From Nitrospirota bacterium (GTDB taxonomy: Bacteria > Nitrospirota > UBA9217): 20,537 bases of DNA. Position numbers and translations under genes: made by a program. The notes below the pieces were generated by a model, which was not told the origin of the DNA, did no database searches, and saw only the letters and a program-made list of their open reading frames with translations. Numbering within the stretch: position 1 is the stretch's first letter; every line of letters begins with the position of its first letter. Shown here one piece after another: positions 19,057 to 20,537 of this stretch. The stretch covers positions 1-20,537 of the forward strand of contig CAWCKW010000008.1 in NCBI GenBank assembly GCA_963796285.1. Reading direction: 5' to 3'.

Positions 19057-20103
19057 ATGGAAATCAAACTCACACAACTTTCAAGCTGCGCTGGTTGAGC
19101 GGCAAAGTTCAGCCCTGCTGAACTGTCCCAGGTACTGGGACAATTGCCGAAGATCATGGACCCGAATGTGCTTGTGGGCTATTCGAATGCAGACGATGCG
19201 GGTGTTTACCGCGTATCGGACGACCTTGCGATGGTCTTTACCGCTGATTTTTTCACTCCCATCGTCGATGACCCGTACTGGTTCGGTGCGATCGCGGCCG
19301 CAAACTCGCTGTCCGATGTCTACGCGATGGGCGGGAAGCCGCTCGTCTCCCTGAACATCGCATCGCTTCCCCCGGGCCCGGAGTTCGTCGAGATCAACAA
19401 ACGGATCATGCAGGGCGGCATCGACAAGATGACCGAGGCCGGGGTCGCCATCATCGGCGGTCATACGGTCAAGGACAAGGAGCCGAAATTCGGATATGCC
19501 GTGCTGGGTTCCATCCATCCCGATAAAATACTCGATAACGCAAAAGCGAGGCCGGGTGATGCCCTGATCCTGACCAAGATGATCGGCACCGGCGTGATCT
19601 CAACAGGGATCAAGTCCGGGAAATGCAGCGCAGCGACCGCGGACGCGTTCACCAAATCGATGGCAATGCTGAATAAACGTGCGGGCGAGATCATGCTCGA
19701 AGTGGGCGTCAGTACGGCCACGGACATCACGGGCTTCGGTCTGATCGGCCATTTGAACGAGGTGCTCACTGCGAGCAAATGCTCGGCCAGACTCCACGCG
19801 CGCCGCGTCCCTGTTTTCGAGGAGGCGGTAACGTTGGCAGAGAAGGGCGTGGTGCCGGGCGGCACGAAGGGCAATTTGCAGAACTATGATCCTTTTGTAG
19901 AGTGGAGCAGCGATGTTTCCATGACCGATCGTCTCCTGATGAACGACGCACAAACGTCAGGCGGTCTATTGATATTCGTGCCTCAGGTCAGAAAGAACAA
20001 GCTCATTATGGCCCTGCAGAAAGAGCATATCCTGGCGGCCCATATCGGCGATGTGCTCGAAGAAGATGAAAAAGGACCAAAGCGGATCTTCGTGGTGAAA
20101 TAA
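19057..20103 (+). CDS. selD: Selenide,water dikinase SelD, Sec-containing (U14), 348 aa
   Basis: MEIKLTQLSSCAG-U-AAKFSP is in frame with ORF 19144..20103 (DDAGVY, DFFTPIVDDPY, ANSLSDVYAMGG, GGHT, TDITGFGLIGH, DAQTSGGLL). TGA at 19096-19098. Confidence 0.95.
19106..19142 (+). promoter_or_regulatory. Tandem hairpins after the selD UGA; candidate SECIS
   Basis: AGTTCAGC-CCT-GCTGAACT (19106-19124) and TGTCCCAG-GTA-CTGGGACA (19124-19142), both perfect 8-bp stems. Confidence 0.65.
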
Positions 20104-20537
20104 ATGGACGCCACCTTTACGGTCTTTCTGGCACTGGTCGGCGCATCCGTCGGTTTTCTCTCGGGCCTGCTCGGGATAGGCGGAGGCATCGTCATGTTTC
20201 CGCTCTTGCTCTACGTGCCGCCGCTTCTGGGTTTCAACGGAATAGATGTTAAAAGCATCACCGGCCTCACGATGATCCAGGGCTTTTTCTCCGCGCTCAC
20301 GGCGATGTTCTACTACAAAAAGAACGCCCTGGTGAATAAATCACTGGTCCTTACGCTCGGCTTTTCCCTGTTTCTCTCGTCACTGATCGGAGCGCTGGTG
20401 TCGAAGAAGATACCGGACGGACCTCTGCTTATGGTCTTCGCGACGCTGGCATTGATCGCGGCGGCGATGATGCTCATTCCCCGAAGTTACCATCAGGACG
20501 AACTGACCGAGGAACACGTTGTTTTCCACAGGACCAC
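20104..20537 (+). CDS. TauE/SafE (TSUP) family transporter, 3' end outside the window
   Basis: The ATG directly follows the selD TAA. MDATFTVFLALVGASVGFLSGLLGIGGGIVMFPLL..., several hydrophobic segments, open to the window end. Confidence 0.88.
   Translation, partial: MDATFTVFLALVGASVGFLSGLLGIGGGIVMFPLLLYVPPLLGFNGIDVKSITGLTMIQGFFSALTAMFYYKKNALVNKSLVLTLGFSLFLSSLIGALVSKKIPDGPLLMVFATLALIAAAMMLIPRSYHQDELTEEHVVFHRT

Noticed and set aside
19037-19057. Second ArsR box at the selD promoter (AATATT-N8-AATATT)
   Set aside because: The spacing differs from the 16033-16054 palindrome and the region is very AT-rich, so a chance match is likely.
15787-19098. Reading the three in-frame TGA codons as pseudogene stops or as a recoded genetic code
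   Set aside because: TGA ends other genes normally here (nuoCD, surE, sqr) and Trp uses TGG. Two of the three sit at known catalytic Cys positions and all have downstream hairpins, so Sec is the simpler explanation.

Overview
This is a bacterial window, GC-rich in coding regions. The gene order ihfA-merR-tRNA-Pro-surE-pcm suggests a Nitrospirota- or deltaproteobacterial-like genome, which is a guess. Left third (minus strand): nuoA-B-CD-E-F-G of complex I. It carries many single-base frameshifts that are probably sequencing errors, a repeat-flanked DUF559 nuclease cassette between nuoCD and nuoE, and copies of the same repeat read in frame inside NuoG. Middle: an octaheme HAO-family cytochrome c, ihfA, a MerR regulator, tRNA-Pro(GGG), surE, pcm, a crcB-DUF190-PAP2 operon and aspS. 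Right quarter (plus strand) is the main finding, a selenium/sulfur cluster that the ORF track breaks or misses. Three genes have an in-frame UGA followed by a SECIS-like GGU-apex hairpin: a 55-aa dual-CxxC protein, a DsrE/TusD-like protein with a UxxC motif, and SelD. They lie with a Cys-rich ArsR regulator and its operator palindrome, DsrF- and DsrH-like partners, an SQR-type flavoprotein and a TauE/SafE transporter.
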